Source: Phoronis australis (lineage: Eukaryota > Animalia > Phoronida). Taken from it: DNA of 64,000 bases. Under the pieces are notes generated by a model. The model had not been told where the DNA came from. It was given only the letters and a program-made list of their open reading frames with translations, and did not search any database. The DNA is taken from positions 1,041,330 through 1,105,329 of the forward strand of contig NMRA01000026.1 in the NCBI GenBank assembly GCA_002633005.1, read 5' to 3'. Numbering within the stretch: position 1 is the first letter of the stretch; the number at the start of each line of letters is the position of its first letter. A program made the translations under genes and the position numbers. Shown here one piece after another: positions 37,263 through 51,227 of this stretch.

Positions 37263-39720
37263 TATGTTTCATGGACACTCAGATGAAATAGAATTTCACT
37301 TGTCGGTCATAATGTATCCAAAACTACAGAGATTTTTATGTATTCATACCTCATTGGTGTAGCTCAGTTAATTCCACTGATTTAATTCTTATGACACTGT
37401 TTTTTGCCTGGTTACAAACTGTATTGTATGTAAGAGTGTTGAGTCAAATGCAATTCTGATGTTTAAGTTAAAGATACATGTCATCCATACCCACATTACT
37501 TTCTACATGGCTAATTTTAAACTAGGTTTATGCCTCAAGTCTTTCCACTTTATTTCCACCATAGAAGATATCAGTTCACGTCAATGACAGAAACTAATTG
37601 CCATTGCAACAAGAGTTAATTTGATTCGAGTCCAGGCACTGTTTATCAGCCTTTTTCATGATTCCATATTTAGGAAATTTTCTCTTTGCTCTTCACCTAA
37701 TTTACTATTCATTAGTGAGGTTGATCAATGGCACAATATGTTGTCCAAGGTTTCCAGTGTCATGGCAGAAAATTATTTCAATCCACAAATAATATTCTGG
37801 GCCTGGAATGTGAGGAGTGTGGACATATGCCAATGTCTGCTTAACATGGTTTGCCAAGTCCATGTCTAAACTGCTACCTGTCAGCTGCAGACGATCTCTC
37901 GATTCGTTTTGATTATAGAAACCAATTTCTATCCTGGAATACTTTTGAGATGAGGTTGGGAGAGTTAATTGTTCCTTATTTTGATTTCCATATTCAGAGG
38001 TATTCATTTGGGAGGACATGACCTTCTAAATATTTTATTGAATAAACCGTGTTCTGGTCATTCCTTTTTCCAGTGTCAAGTGTTGTTTGTATAAAAATTG
38101 TGGTGGAAGTAAAATTGATTTTTCCTCACTCGGGTAATTACAGCCGCTTAATTAAACAGTTTGTTGTTATTTTTATGCTTCTGCATGTTCCAGTGTTCTG
38201 TAATTATCATGGCTAGCAACCAGTAATAGAGCTATGATTGAAAAGCTAAGTTGCTTTGAAGTAACTGGGCATTTTAATGTGGAACTAAATGGCCATTGGC
38301 TTCACTTGACAGACCCCCCTCATGACTTGGTCAATAATGTTATTAGCAATAAAACATATACGGTTAGAATATCAAGTACTACTGGTCGACATTAATTGTC
38401 TAAAGTCTTTTAGTTGTGGAGTTGCTATGTTTTAGGCTGCAAAGGGTTTTAGTTAGGTGGCGGCATTTTCGAGCCATGAATTTCATGTATAATTAATTAC
38501 ATGTGTAGTTTATTTCCGCAAAGTATCTTGTGTTTGGTGGTTTGTTTTAACTGTATTTTGACATTATAAGGCATATTCGATTTTTAGGTTTCCATAAGTA
38601 TGTGTTTGCTTGTGCTAAAAAATAAACTGTTAAGACACATGTTGTAATGTTTGAGGAGTCGCATTAATTGATTTAGGGTGAGAACCGAGGTGTCTTAGTC
38701 ACTTTGTTTAAGGGATTGTCCAATAGTATTCTAGTAAAGTATGCAGTGAAGCATTTGACCATCACCTTGTGGATTTCAATGCCAACTCAACTAAATAAGA
38801 ACCAGCGTACCTGTATTAAACTATTGCACCAGAAATATGTCTGGTGGGGATTATAATTTTTTCTTCCATTTGAGTGTACAGCTATGTGTTTAAGCAATAT
38901 GGAAACAGCTTGGTCACCTTTGTTCTGCCATTTTTTTCTGCCTCATTTGTCAGTCTCAGGTGTACTAGCAGGTGTTATTATTGTGAGCCCTGGAGTCAGC
39001 CTAAAGCTACATATAGGCCACCTGAGTATGATGGGCCTGGGAGACAGGTAACCATGACACCAACTGCTTGAGGCTAGTCTACTGAGACCCACAACACAAG
39101 GCCAGCTATATAATAGTTAAATACAATGCCTGCATAGTAACTAAATACCATAATGAATATGTAAACCACCCCAGACTCCTGTCTCTGGGGTATAACATAT
39201 ACATTATAGCTCTGCAAATCTTCCTGTGTTGGATTATAAAGTTCACCAAAATAGTCGTTTGTCAAACTCACTGATAAAACATGTTCATACTTTCCATTCA
39301 CAGCTAGAAATACTTACTGGTATTTACAGATGGGTGCAGTGGTGTAAAGATTTTTTCATGCATTGTGTCTGAGCAATTGACACCATCACGCAGGAAATTT
39401 GATTATTTATTCACTTATCGTGAACTACTTCATCGCCTAGAATTTGCCATATATACGATTTTAAACTTTGTCAGGTAAATAGTAGAACTGAGCTTATTTA
39501 GCCAACAGAAAGGCAGAGCAAGTTAAGTGTGTAGGGAAAGTGCTACTTAATGGGGTGACTTGTATGGCAAATGTCCACTTCATTATGTGACATTTATTTT
39601 TTGACTTTCTGGTGTCATTGTTGACATTTTTTATGAATTCCTGGTGAACCTGAATGAACATATGATTGTGCGTGAGTGTGATAATGTAACCATATTCTTT
39701 GTGGCATTAGTAAGATTTAA

Positions 39721-40016
39721 AATAATTGCTGGCGTGTGCTTATATGGGCCCATTGCACTGATCACTAGGAAGCATTTTTTGCTTTACTAAGTAAATAATT
39801 AAAACTGAGCTGAGGAGCTTGAGACCTGACTTAGGGACCTGAGTGTGCCTCAGTGGGACTTGAATGTAACCCACAACCTTGAGTAAAGGCAGCGAACACT
39901 TATCCCACTAGACCACACAACCTTGAGTAAAGGCAGCGAACACTTATCCCACTAGACCACACAACCTTGAGTAAAGGCAGCGAACACTTATCCCACTAGA
40001 CCACACTGCCTCCACC
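39721..40016 (-). mobile_element. tRNA-derived SINE with a triplicated 44-bp head segment
   Basis: On -: A-box-like TGGTCTAGTGGG and B-box-like GGTTACATTCAAGTCCC. The body is shared with 53941-54170. A 44-bp unit repeats at 39872, 39916 and 39960. Confidence 0.7.
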
Positions 40017-43000
40017 AAAGTAAGATTTATTGTACTAGCACATTCATTTTAATGTGTTGGCAATTTTACACAAAAAAAGCATTAATCTGAGTTTCTATAG
40101 TACTCTGTTCATTCTAAGATATCTTTACATTTAAGTCAGTGCCCTGAGTTCATCATGTGATGTCTTAGTTTTCACGTCAGGGTACTCACCGTCACTTACC
40201 GTAGTACCAGCTTGTCAGTCTGTAACCAAAGGCCGGATCTAAAACATTCTGTGTAAAGTGTATCCCAGGGGACCCGTCTGCAGGCTCCTAGGCGGCCATG
40301 CTCCAGTGTCTCTTCTCACCATGCCTGATTACACACCTGAGCTGACGACCCTGTAGTCACTTGTGTCTTATTTTCCATGTGACTGGGTGCCTATGGCTTT
40401 GACTTGTGTTGTTAAAGGCTGCCGATCTTTGATTTTGTAACATGATTCATGTCTAATGATTTTATGGGTTGTTAGCCTCAACACCTTTTGATTTTTGTCT
40501 ATGTTTGTTTTGTGATGACTACTTCAAATGTACAAACTTTTGTTAGTGTGGTTTGAATATTAATCGCAATATTTTCTTTGATTCCTTTGGTACACTCTGT
40601 GTTGTTTTGGCCTTTAAATCAATATGAATATGTAGTAGGGTTAAGCACTTGGGAAATACAACAAATTCATCATTTATAAAGATAATAAATTATGGAGACC
40701 ATGGGATTTTTTATTACTTTTTAAATTGGTCTTTGACAAAAACCTGTCTTCTAACTTGCGTGTGCAATTCAAATTTGGAATCAACTAAGAATGGAAATTT
40801 TAACCTATAAAAATGAAGGTAATATTTGATTTGACTAAAGAAAAATTTCTTTTCAATATCGTGTGCGTCCGGTCTTTTAATGTTTTGTTGTGTATACTGG
40901 ATAGATTTTACCGAGGGCTATTTAGCACTGTTAGTGGTCAGATTCTAGTATAGTAGCTACTGCCNCAATCTCATCACTTTCTATTTAAAGAGCCTTGTTC
41001 TTTTTGTAAAATATGTTGAGAAACTGGGAAGTGCCAAATAGCATGGTAAACACAGTGGGAGAACTTTTTGCCTGGTCTATTTGGATTTCACACAGATTTT
41101 ACTGACTCGGGTTTCTACTCACCTTGAGTTCCTGTTCCTGTCTCTTGTAGCGTTATCAGTTTTCAGCAGATTTTTGCCAGTTTATACAGTTAATTGTTCC
41201 ACCTTTATTGACGTTCTCTTGTTTTCATGTCGCCTGTGTGTTGTTTCTATTTGCTTTTTGTTGCAGTTGTGAAATTTGATAGAAAATCATTTATGTACAT
41301 GGGTTTTAAATGCTTCGCAAAACATCAGTGTTTATTTGTATATCATTACAAAGGTGCTATTTGCATTTTGTTTTATCAGATATTACATTTCACTTTTGCT
41401 AAGAATGTTTGCTCCCTCCTGTGTTTCAAGTGATATTTTTTATCTTACTACTAAGATTTGTTCACTGATACAGGTAGTTACCATAAACACACTGTGGCAG
41501 GCGCTAAGCACTTTCCTATAATATCAATTCAAACTGAACAAGCCGTTTCTTTAAGCTTCAGGACATTATTGGCTAGTCGGCATTCAACCAAATATCTAAA
41601 ACACTAAATGCAAAAATTGCAACTCATGAGGACATGATTTATAATTGTTTGCATCTTTTTTTCACCTGGATGAATGATAATATCTGTTGTCTATCACAAA
41701 ATGTACATTTTCTGAAAGTAAAAGCTATATAGAATTTGATTTTTTTTCTTTCCTATCAATATGCTGTTGATAAGGTCATTGTCTTTTAGTAAAATTTTTG
41801 CAAAATTGAAAGATAAAGTCATAGCAACACAATGGCATCAACACTATGACCACTTTTCATTTGGTATAAATGAATTCTCAACAACACTGTTACACTGAAG
41901 TTCTCGTTTTGTTTTGATTTTATCCAACTTTCACTTTATAAAAAATCATAAATGTCTAATTTTGATAGCCCTTGTGTATAAGAAAATCAATTTTAAAACA
42001 ATTTCTAGTTTTGCTATGGCAAACAATGTGTAAAGTTTAGTATTTGAAATTTCAAATGAATTCAGTCGACCATTTCTGAGATATGATGTTCCGAATTAGT
42101 CGTATTTGGACATTTTTCTAAAGTCTTGCATAACCAGCCATTTATAAGAATGTAGTCCAGGTAAAACATCACCAATATCAATCAGAACTGTTAAAGTTTG
42201 GGACAGAGAAACTATCCAAAAAGTCACCAATGATCTCTGCTCACCACACCACGCTGTGAGGAAATACTAAGCAAAGTGTAAAGTGGTCTCCAAGCCTTTT
42301 TCCAAAGATGTAATTGTAAACAAATTTCTTATTTAATGAAATTGCGCACCATTCATTTTCAAAGGGTTTGGCGGTATGGTAATGCACTAAAAATTTAGGG
42401 GTACATAGTTCATATCTATCGGTGATGTTAAAGCCAGCCATCCGTACTGTAGTTTGTGATTAGCTGTTTATCTACTTTGCTCAATTTGCTCTTCAACAAC
42501 GAGGGAATAATCACTCAACAATGCTAAAATTTGGTGAAAATATTCTTATCAGTTTCTGAACACAGGTCTTGTTACAACAAAATTAGTTTGCAGCACTTAC
42601 CGTACTCGCGTATATTGTTCCAGTGTTCCATAGTCTCAAGCCAACAGCATTGTAGATACTACATTTTGATTTGATATCAGCTACAACAAACATCTTAGAA
42701 AGATCCCAGGAAGACTCATAAAAGATACTCTTGTCAATAAGCAAGTTCAGGTTTAAGACAAAAGTAATTGCTTGCACTTGTGTTTGCTGTGTTGTTCTTA
42801 ATGCTCAAAGTTGTTCCAAATGTTTGTTGACAGATAACAGTTATTTTCTTGAAGGGTCTTATTGTTGAAAAGTTTGTCAAAATACAGTTTCAGTCCTCTA
42901 CCTTGTTGTGCTCAAAACTAAAGAATTTTAAACCTTTGTGCAGTAGATTTGGCAGGAATTGTGACTCAGCAATTAAACAGTTGGAGGTCATTGTGATGAA

Positions 43001-46000
43001 GGTTTTCCGCAGAAAGTTTGTCTAAGATAGGAAGAAATCATCAAATGTTTTCCATGACTGATGTATTTTATCTCCAGCTACTTTTCAAAAGAGGCAATGA
43101 CCCCCTCCCCCCACCCTGCCTTATGCAAAAAACAATTTCAGTTGTCCTTATTTTGTTGTTGAGAAATGATTTCTGTGCTTGAGATCGCCTGACTGCTTGT
43201 TATTGCTTTAGACCTTTAGACAAGGCACATTATGTTGATTGTCACAGTAGTTAGTGTCAGTCGTCATGGCAACATGGCCGTACTGAGAGCACTTATTTAA
43301 ATACATATTTCGCTTATACCAATTTCTAATTCGGTGTTGGAGGCGGGTCGAGTTGACAGGGACGAAACACAACTTCTTTTATTCAGTTATTTTAAGACAT
43401 TAAAAGTTTTGTGTGTGATCATTTTGAAATCCATACAATGATGCAGAACGTTGTTCAACAACTACCCTATGGCCATCTAGTGACAAAGTGTGTTTCATCA
43501 TGTCACTGCTATATCAGGCAATTTGGGTAATTCATTGTAGTCAGTAATGAGGGTAAGAATATGTTGACATTGTTTTGAAAGAACAGTTTTACCTGTAAAT
43601 TGATGTTTTAAACACCAAAACATGGTTGATGGCAGATTTAAAATGCAATTACTTTTTTGTGAATTTGAATTAATGTCTTCTTAACCAAGCTCTATTAATA
43701 ACAGGAAAAGTCCAATCATCTGAGTTGATTTTGTAGAAATTTTTGTTTACCTTGTTTGACGTCATTGTTATACCAGGCTTTTGTAACACTGGGTGTAGTC
43801 TACATGTAAGGTTCATTTGCCATAAAATGTATTGGTTTTTTTAATCAATTCTTCTTTCATTTGCAAAGTATACTTTATTTCAAGCAATGAAAAAAATTTG
43901 GACTTAGATAGTTGGTTTAACTGATTTCTGATATGCTCAGTATGACATTTTTCTGCTGTTGTGCATTATCCTCAAAATTTAAAACATTATATTGGAGCTG
44001 TTTGAATTTATGCGCATGCAAATATGTCATCAAGTGCTAAAGTGGGTTTGGTTTATGACACGTTTAGTTATTTTGACAGCAGATGTCATAAAATACTTCA
44101 TAATTTCTATCCAAAATCACTGCCTGGCCCTTATCTGATGACTGTATCTTAATACCTCACATGTCTATTATATAAAAGTGGCCTTTGTAATTAATACCTG
44201 CAAATCTAGTCCCTGAAATTTTAAAAATATTTGAACTGTAATTTTATATTAGATTCAATAACTGGATGTCCTGGCCAAGAAGACTTATGTTTTGTAGTTT
44301 GAAATATTCATATCTAAAGAGGGTCCAGTCACACGTGGCTTGTTTTGTAATTGACCACACTTGTGCTCATGACAATTTTCTTTGTTCTCATGACGAAAAG
44401 TTTAATTCGAAATGTAAGTTCCCAACCTGTGTTTTTTCAATTTTTTAATGTTAAGAACACCTCCACATCACCTGTAGTTCTTGGCCATCAGTCACCTGTA
44501 TCATGTGTTGAAGACACCTGTTTCAAAAGACCTCGCTATGTTTGCCTTTCAATTAGTAGATCAACAAGTTTTTTGAATGTATTGTTGGGTAAGCCACCAT
44601 TGGAGTGTGAGAAGATGGCCCTTTGATTTCAGTCACTTGGGTCAGTGGTCAAAGGCAATCCATCAAAAGCGTTTGATTATGAGTTGAAATTTATTCTTAT
44701 TTTTGAAATGTTGGAGCAACCTGCAAGTTAATTGGATCCTTTACACATGGATGGTTGTGTCTTATAAAAATATAAAGTGTGCCGTTAAAAATTGCATTAG
44801 AGGAAATGCAATACCAACCTAGGATGCAATATGGTGGAGCGTTAGAATTTTCTTTTTGGTGAATTTAAGACGGCAAAAAATAACTTTTAAGAAAATAATT
44901 GTTGTCTGTGTGGTTACGTTTTTACGTAACGTTTGGTAAACAGTTTTAACAATTTTCAGCAAATTAGGTTCTCCTTAGCTGAACAAATGGTAGTTTTAGT
45001 TCTTACTTTTACACCCAAATAATATAATTTTACCGCATTTGGAATATCATAGGTGATTGAAGAACAAAAACTTGCCCGTGAACTTGTGACTCATTTCCAT
45101 TCATTGGTTTTAGTTGGTGATTTTAAATATTTGTCATCGTTTCGTTAATGGGATAGCAAATTATATATGTTTTGATGGATAATAACTGCAGACTCCACTG
45201 GGCTTGGTTATAACCACGGTAATTGAAAAATCAGAGTGTGGACGTTAAAAGTCAGGCATGTACATTTGAAAATAAGATTTTTTAGAAGTCATGATGGCGT
45301 TTACTTGGACTAAACTGAGCATGGGCATTAAAAAGGGAAATTTAGAAACTTTGGAGACGGGTGTGAATGGAAACCCAGATGAGAACAGTAGTATTAGAAA
45401 ACTCCTCAATATTGGCCATTGCTTGAAAATTAATTTATGATTTTCTTGGAATAATGACTCAAGACACATCTTTAATTTTGATGAATTTTTGGGAAATGTA
45501 ATGAGATATATCTGTAGTTATGGAAATGGATTGACAAGAACTAGTGTCTGCTCTCAATAAAATGTAAAATATCACAATTATTGTGATATTTTACAACAAA
45601 CTTCAGTGGACATCGTTTCTTGTTTCAACTCAAAATGTGTTGAATTAACTCTCAGTTGCAATATAATGGCTTTGCGGATTGGGTTTGATCTAAAGTAGTT
45701 TACAAACATTTTAAGTATGTTAGCTGAAACACACCACACCACCACATATTGTGTATTTGAGGTTAGTTGACAGTTTACAAACCCTTGAACATCAACGTAC
45801 CTAAACATGATCCTAATGCAAGTTTACTTCATCAAGTGTTAGATCACTAATACCATGTTGCCTACTGGGTTGATTGGTCAGTAAATATGGATTGATCAAG
45901 TTAGATAAGAACTTAAAATTGCTTCCTGTCTGGCTAGCTATGGTGTAATGTACAGGTTACACTCTGATCTTGCTATGGCCTCATGTTACATAGCTTCATG

Positions 46001-49000
46001 CAAAACTTAAGCAGATGATTTGTAACCAGACAAAATGATTAATTCCTTGGTTCCATTTAATTAAAGCTCGTTTGTGAATATGATCTATGGTTTAGTTTAC
46101 ATCAGATTGAATGTTCTCCTTTGTAAAAACTTGCTTGGCATTGGTAGTTTATGAGCTTGCAACCATCTTGGCTCTGCCTGTCTCTTAGCCCTGAGTCGTA
46201 AATCTGTTGATGTTTCGGTGGGAAATATGAAACGAATAGTACTAGCTGAAATCAACTGTATGAAATAATTAATTGTCGATGTTTGCACTTTGTAAAATAG
46301 ATTTCAGTCTTGAACCTCTGGTGTCTGCAGTTTTCGGTATCAAACTAATCTCAATCAATTTCTACAATGTGTATGGTATTAGTCTAAAATGGTTATAGTC
46401 ACATATTTGGAGAACCAGTTTAGTGACTGTTATTTAATGGAAAAAACTTGTGTATTTCTCAAACTGCGAAACACTTGTAAGTGATCGTTACTGCCATAAC
46501 ATTATATCGCATAAAAAATGTTGATGTGATTATCACAGACAGTAGCGTCACATTGACTACTTACTCATTCCACAGCAATAGGGGTGTTGACTAATGCACT
46601 AATCTTCTAAGATATTGACGACAAGAGCGATTAAATGAATCGGATTAGGTAAACAACACCAATAAATTGTCTTTAGTATAATCTATGGACGTACTAATTG
46701 GAAGCGTTCATCAATTTCCTGACCACTTTTTAAAACAATGCCTGACAATGAGTAGTGACATCTAATGAGTCACTTTCAAAATACACCTAAGTGTTGAGGG
46801 CGCAAATCATGTTCTGTTAAAATTTTTATAACTTTGTTGTCAATAGTAAGAGCTGATTATGCTGCTTGGGTGGTTTTGATTATAGTTGATGTGTGTTCAT
46901 TGTTTATGGCCAAGAGTTAATATGGTGACAGTTGTATTTGTTTGCATAAACTATCACATTGTTTTAACTGTTAATGGTTGATAAGTCATTTCCTGGAGTG
47001 GTGGCTTTTCAAATGAGATCGTTTGAAAATTTCTGTTGTTCCTTTGCAAATCGACCCCTAATTGTTCCTTTTCAAAACCCTTTTTATAAATATCTTTGTT
47101 GTAAGTTTACAGTTTTCGATCTCATCTTTGTGTTGTCTTAGTCGTCTTTAAAACTGAACGGTCAGTAGTAGCACATAATATGACTAGCTTACAGTAGTTA
47201 CATTGTTTCAAGATTTTTTTGTTTGATTCTTGGACTCAAAAATGTCTTGGTTTGTAGCACCCTAGCTAGTTGTTTATGTAAATATTAGAACAAAATGGTT
47301 CACTGGGTTATTCAGTTTCTAAGATGAGAGATCTGTTTTAACCAGCTCATGTTTTCATGAATATTTAATGGTAGATAGCTTTGTAGAGTTGTTTTAATTA
47401 TTCAGATGTGTGGTGACTGCTGCCTGCTTCAAAGGCCTTTAATCAGCGTCAGGTTCATGTTTGAAGGAAATTGAAGGAACTGCCTGTGAGGCTGAAGACA
47501 GTGTCTTTATTGTTTGCTAGACATTTGCAATTGGAAGGACAAAATCTTGTTTGACATTGTGTACTAATCTAGTATCAGCTAGCCAACTGTAGTCAAGCTG
47601 AATAATGGGTGTGGTGCTTGACAACTTATTAGCATGCCTGGTGTTTTTGCCTGATGTTTTTGTTGACTGGTAGACGTTACCATTTCAACCTTTTCATTTC
47701 CGTTGTATAACTGGCTCATACGGTAACTAGTTTTTGTAAAATCAGTGAACATTTCAAGGGTACACATAGTGTTTTTGTGAGCACGCCTGAAGTCACAAAA
47801 CACCCTTTTCAATGGTAGTGAAATCATTTGTTTCTTTGTTACTGTAAGAATTCTTAAATTTGGATTAAGAATAATTACCAAAATTTGTATTTTCCCCACT
47901 TTTCGCATCTTTGTTTATTGCTCAAAATTTCTTTAAATGATGTTTGAAGGCATGGTGACAAGAGATTAGAATATTTTTGACAAAATAAAATGTCAATTGT
48001 CTGGTATATTTTGTCATGGCAAACAAGATTTTTACTGTTTATGTTCTAAGACCTTATCGACATGTCTTTGTATTTAGCCTATTATTTACAAAACTTTAGA
48101 TTTTAACTCAGCAAAAGTACATGTTTTATGAAAGAAGAAGGCTTGTAGAATTTGATTTTAGACTTTTTTACCAATCAGCCATGTATTAGTCAAACAAAAG
48201 TATAAGTAACACGACCTAATTTCAGTTCAAGATGAAATGTCAAAAATGATGTTACAGTTTTCTGAATTACGTTTTTGTTTTATGCAACTTTGATTTTTTC
48301 GTAAAAATTGTAAATATTTCTGATAACCCCTCAAGCAAAAGCGGGTCATTTTAAATCAATTCCTAACAGGTTTTTTGAGAACAGTGTATCAAGCATAGTA
48401 TGCAAACTTTCAGGTGAACCCCATCAGCCATTTCTGATGTTGCGATATTTGCCAAATTGAGACATTTTCTTTTGTCCTGTGTAGTCGTAGTTGTTCTAAT
48501 TCTGAAATAGTGATTGCTATGCTGATCTGAGAAGGTGTTATTTATAGTGTATCGCTATGTACGAACATTTTGAACATTTGATATTCAGCAATTAGTTGTT
48601 GGGTGTCCCTGAGGAGTTAGAAATGTGATATGCATGAAAAAAACATGTGATTTATGGATGTTGCTGTAATGAAACTGTGTTTGGAGTGGCAATATTGAAA
48701 CTTGGGCATTGTAATGTACCCACATGCCATGTCTATATTACATGCTTGTCGATTTATCTAACTGTCCCAAAGGAGCAAAGAATACGTAAGGAAATGACTT
48801 TACATGCCAAGAGGGTCACAAGAAACCGTTTTAAGTTAAATTTCATGGATTTACTGTGATATATAAAAAACAAGAAATGGCTTTTCATGCCAAGATACAG
48901 TAGTTTTTCAATGACACAACATTCAGTTTCAACTTAAATTTGATGAATTTGCTATCATGTTAGGCAGAATCTTGCCATTATCAGACAAAAATAATCGCCA

Positions 49001-50713
49001 AAACTGGTCTTTTTCATTTTTCAAAGACTTGTAACATTGTTATGAATAGCCACAATTTCTCAGTATCATTGTCTTGTGGTAGCTATGGTCCATATTTTTT
49101 ATTTATTTGGTGCTACTAAATTCCATCTGTCAGTCATTTTGTGTCCTAAATTGGTTGTATAATTTTGCAATTTATTTTCTTCTGCAGGATGATGATTTGA
49201 TGATTAATGTTAACTACAAAAAGAGTTATTAATGTAAAAACTTGTCCAGTTGACAGACCTGTGTACCATAGGCAAACAATTCGGATTTGTATAGAAAATT
49301 GGCTTGTAGTACGCAAATATGCAAGGCCAGACAAAAATATGCAAATTCAAAGAGTTGTTAGTAAGTTATTGATAAGCTAATAATAGAAAAGGAATAAGAT
49401 TTTGAAATAGAACGTTGGCACCGAAATCAGAAACTTGCTCCGTTTCATTCTAAATATAGCAAGATTATCAACGAATCGCAAGGCTTGTATGGATATTCAT
49501 CGTCACCGGCCTTAATGACAACCAACAACTTCTATGGTTGGTGGATTGTTTATTTCATTCACTACTGGCTATCTCTGGCTAAATTCACACTGGTGCATAT
49601 TCTGAGCTGGGAAAAAAATAGCTTGTGGGAGAAGGGAATGTCTGTTTTTGCCACGTTGTTCCAATGAATGGCAGTGTCTTATGAAAGGGACCGTTGAATT
49701 TATATTGCAAAGTTGTGTTGCGCATTGTTTTCTTGTGAACATGGTGACCTAGCCTTGGTCGAATGCTAGCTTTGCACTGATTTGGATGAAAAAGGGCCAA
49801 ATAAAATGTGACACAAAATTTGTGAAAACTACCCTCTTCCTTGAGTAAGCTAAATTATTTACTGATGTTAGAAAAATTGGCATTTTACTGTTATTCTGCT
49901 GCTAAGGTTGTGGAGCTATCTTATACGTCAGCTTTTGGCATCACGGTACATAACGTCACCTATTGGTCTATTGGGAGCTCTACACACAGTGGTTCCTTGT
50001 TGTATTTTGACAGTAGTCTTCATCCAACCAGTTGGCCGGCTAAGGATGACCGCACTGACTTTCGCGGCATGTCGAGCTGTCGGCAACAAACAGTCGTGGT
50101 TTTTTTAAGTGGAAGTGCGGTGGTGGGTGTTAATGAGTTTATAGGCACTCACAATGAACAATTATGCTAAACTTTTTTGAATAGTTAAGATTATTTTGTC
50201 TGGTGTAAAACGCACTTTTTTGCAGATAAAGTTTTTGGTTAAGAAACGAGCATAACTTTTGAAGCAAGGAACTGTTTGTTGTGTGTCCGACTTATCTTGA
50301 TTTAGGGTATATTGAATCCTGTATTAACATTACTTAAGTTCAGTAGTTCTATAGATTAACTGGATCATTTCCCTTAGAGAGAATAGTGAAAATTGGTGAG
50401 GAAATCACTGCATGTGTTAAGTGTTGCAAAGGTAAGTAACGAGGAAAAGTGCCACCTGAACACAGTAGGCAAACATGCTGAGAAGTTCAAATTTTCAATG
50501 TTTGGTCAAAACGTGAAAATCTGCATGTATAAAAAATCTGTAAATCTGAAGAACGCAAATGCAGTTTTGGTGGTACGCAGGTCTCAGTTGACAGAAAAAA
50601 TTACTAATTGTGCTCAAGATCAGAGCTTGTACCAAATTTTTGAAATAGGCAGTAAGTTGGTCATCCTAAATTCAAGAATTACAATCAGCAGCAAACGTTC
50701 ATTCACCTCAATA

Positions 50714-51227
50714 GGTCCTTTCCTACTAACGTGGGCATGTCAATGTTTTGAGAAGTTGAGGTCAGTATAAATGGTTAACTTCAGTCCTGGATCGAAGTTA
50801 ACAGCACCAGTTAACTTCGCAGTAAACAGGTGAATTTAGCAGTGGAGCGTTGTCGCTGCGGTGCAGTATGAACAGTCAACTCCAGTCTCATTGAAGTGAT
50901 TGCCAGGGGCCATTGCTGTCGTCAACTATTAAAGGGCAGTGTTGTTGCTATTAGTTGCTTATGTGTTGTTCGAATAATCACCAATCAAATAAGAAATATG
51001 TTTTTGTCAATTAGCATGCGTAATTGTTCTCAAATTGTCACATTAAAAAAATCTTATCGTTCATGGGATGCATTAGTGCTACCTTGGAATTACTTCGATG
51101 ATGACAGGGTCACCTACCGTTTATTTTAATGCTGTTAACTCCGGACGCTGGTATGAATGATTCAATTACCATAACTTTGCAGTTTATATCCACGCTCATA
51201 CTGGAGTTAAGTTAGTATGAAAGGGCC
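50714..51227. mobile_element. PIF/Harbinger-like MITE
   Basis: TIR GGTCCTTTCCTACTAAC versus GTTAGTATGAAAGGGCC (15/17 match); internal GTTAAC palindromes; imperfect 3-bp flanks (ATA/TGA). Confidence 0.55.

Noticed and set aside
39074-39301. 75-aa - strand ORF with a hydrophobic C-terminus
   Set aside because: It has a GTG start, no recognisable motif and no compatible exon partner; hydrophobic ORFs arise by chance in AT-rich DNA.
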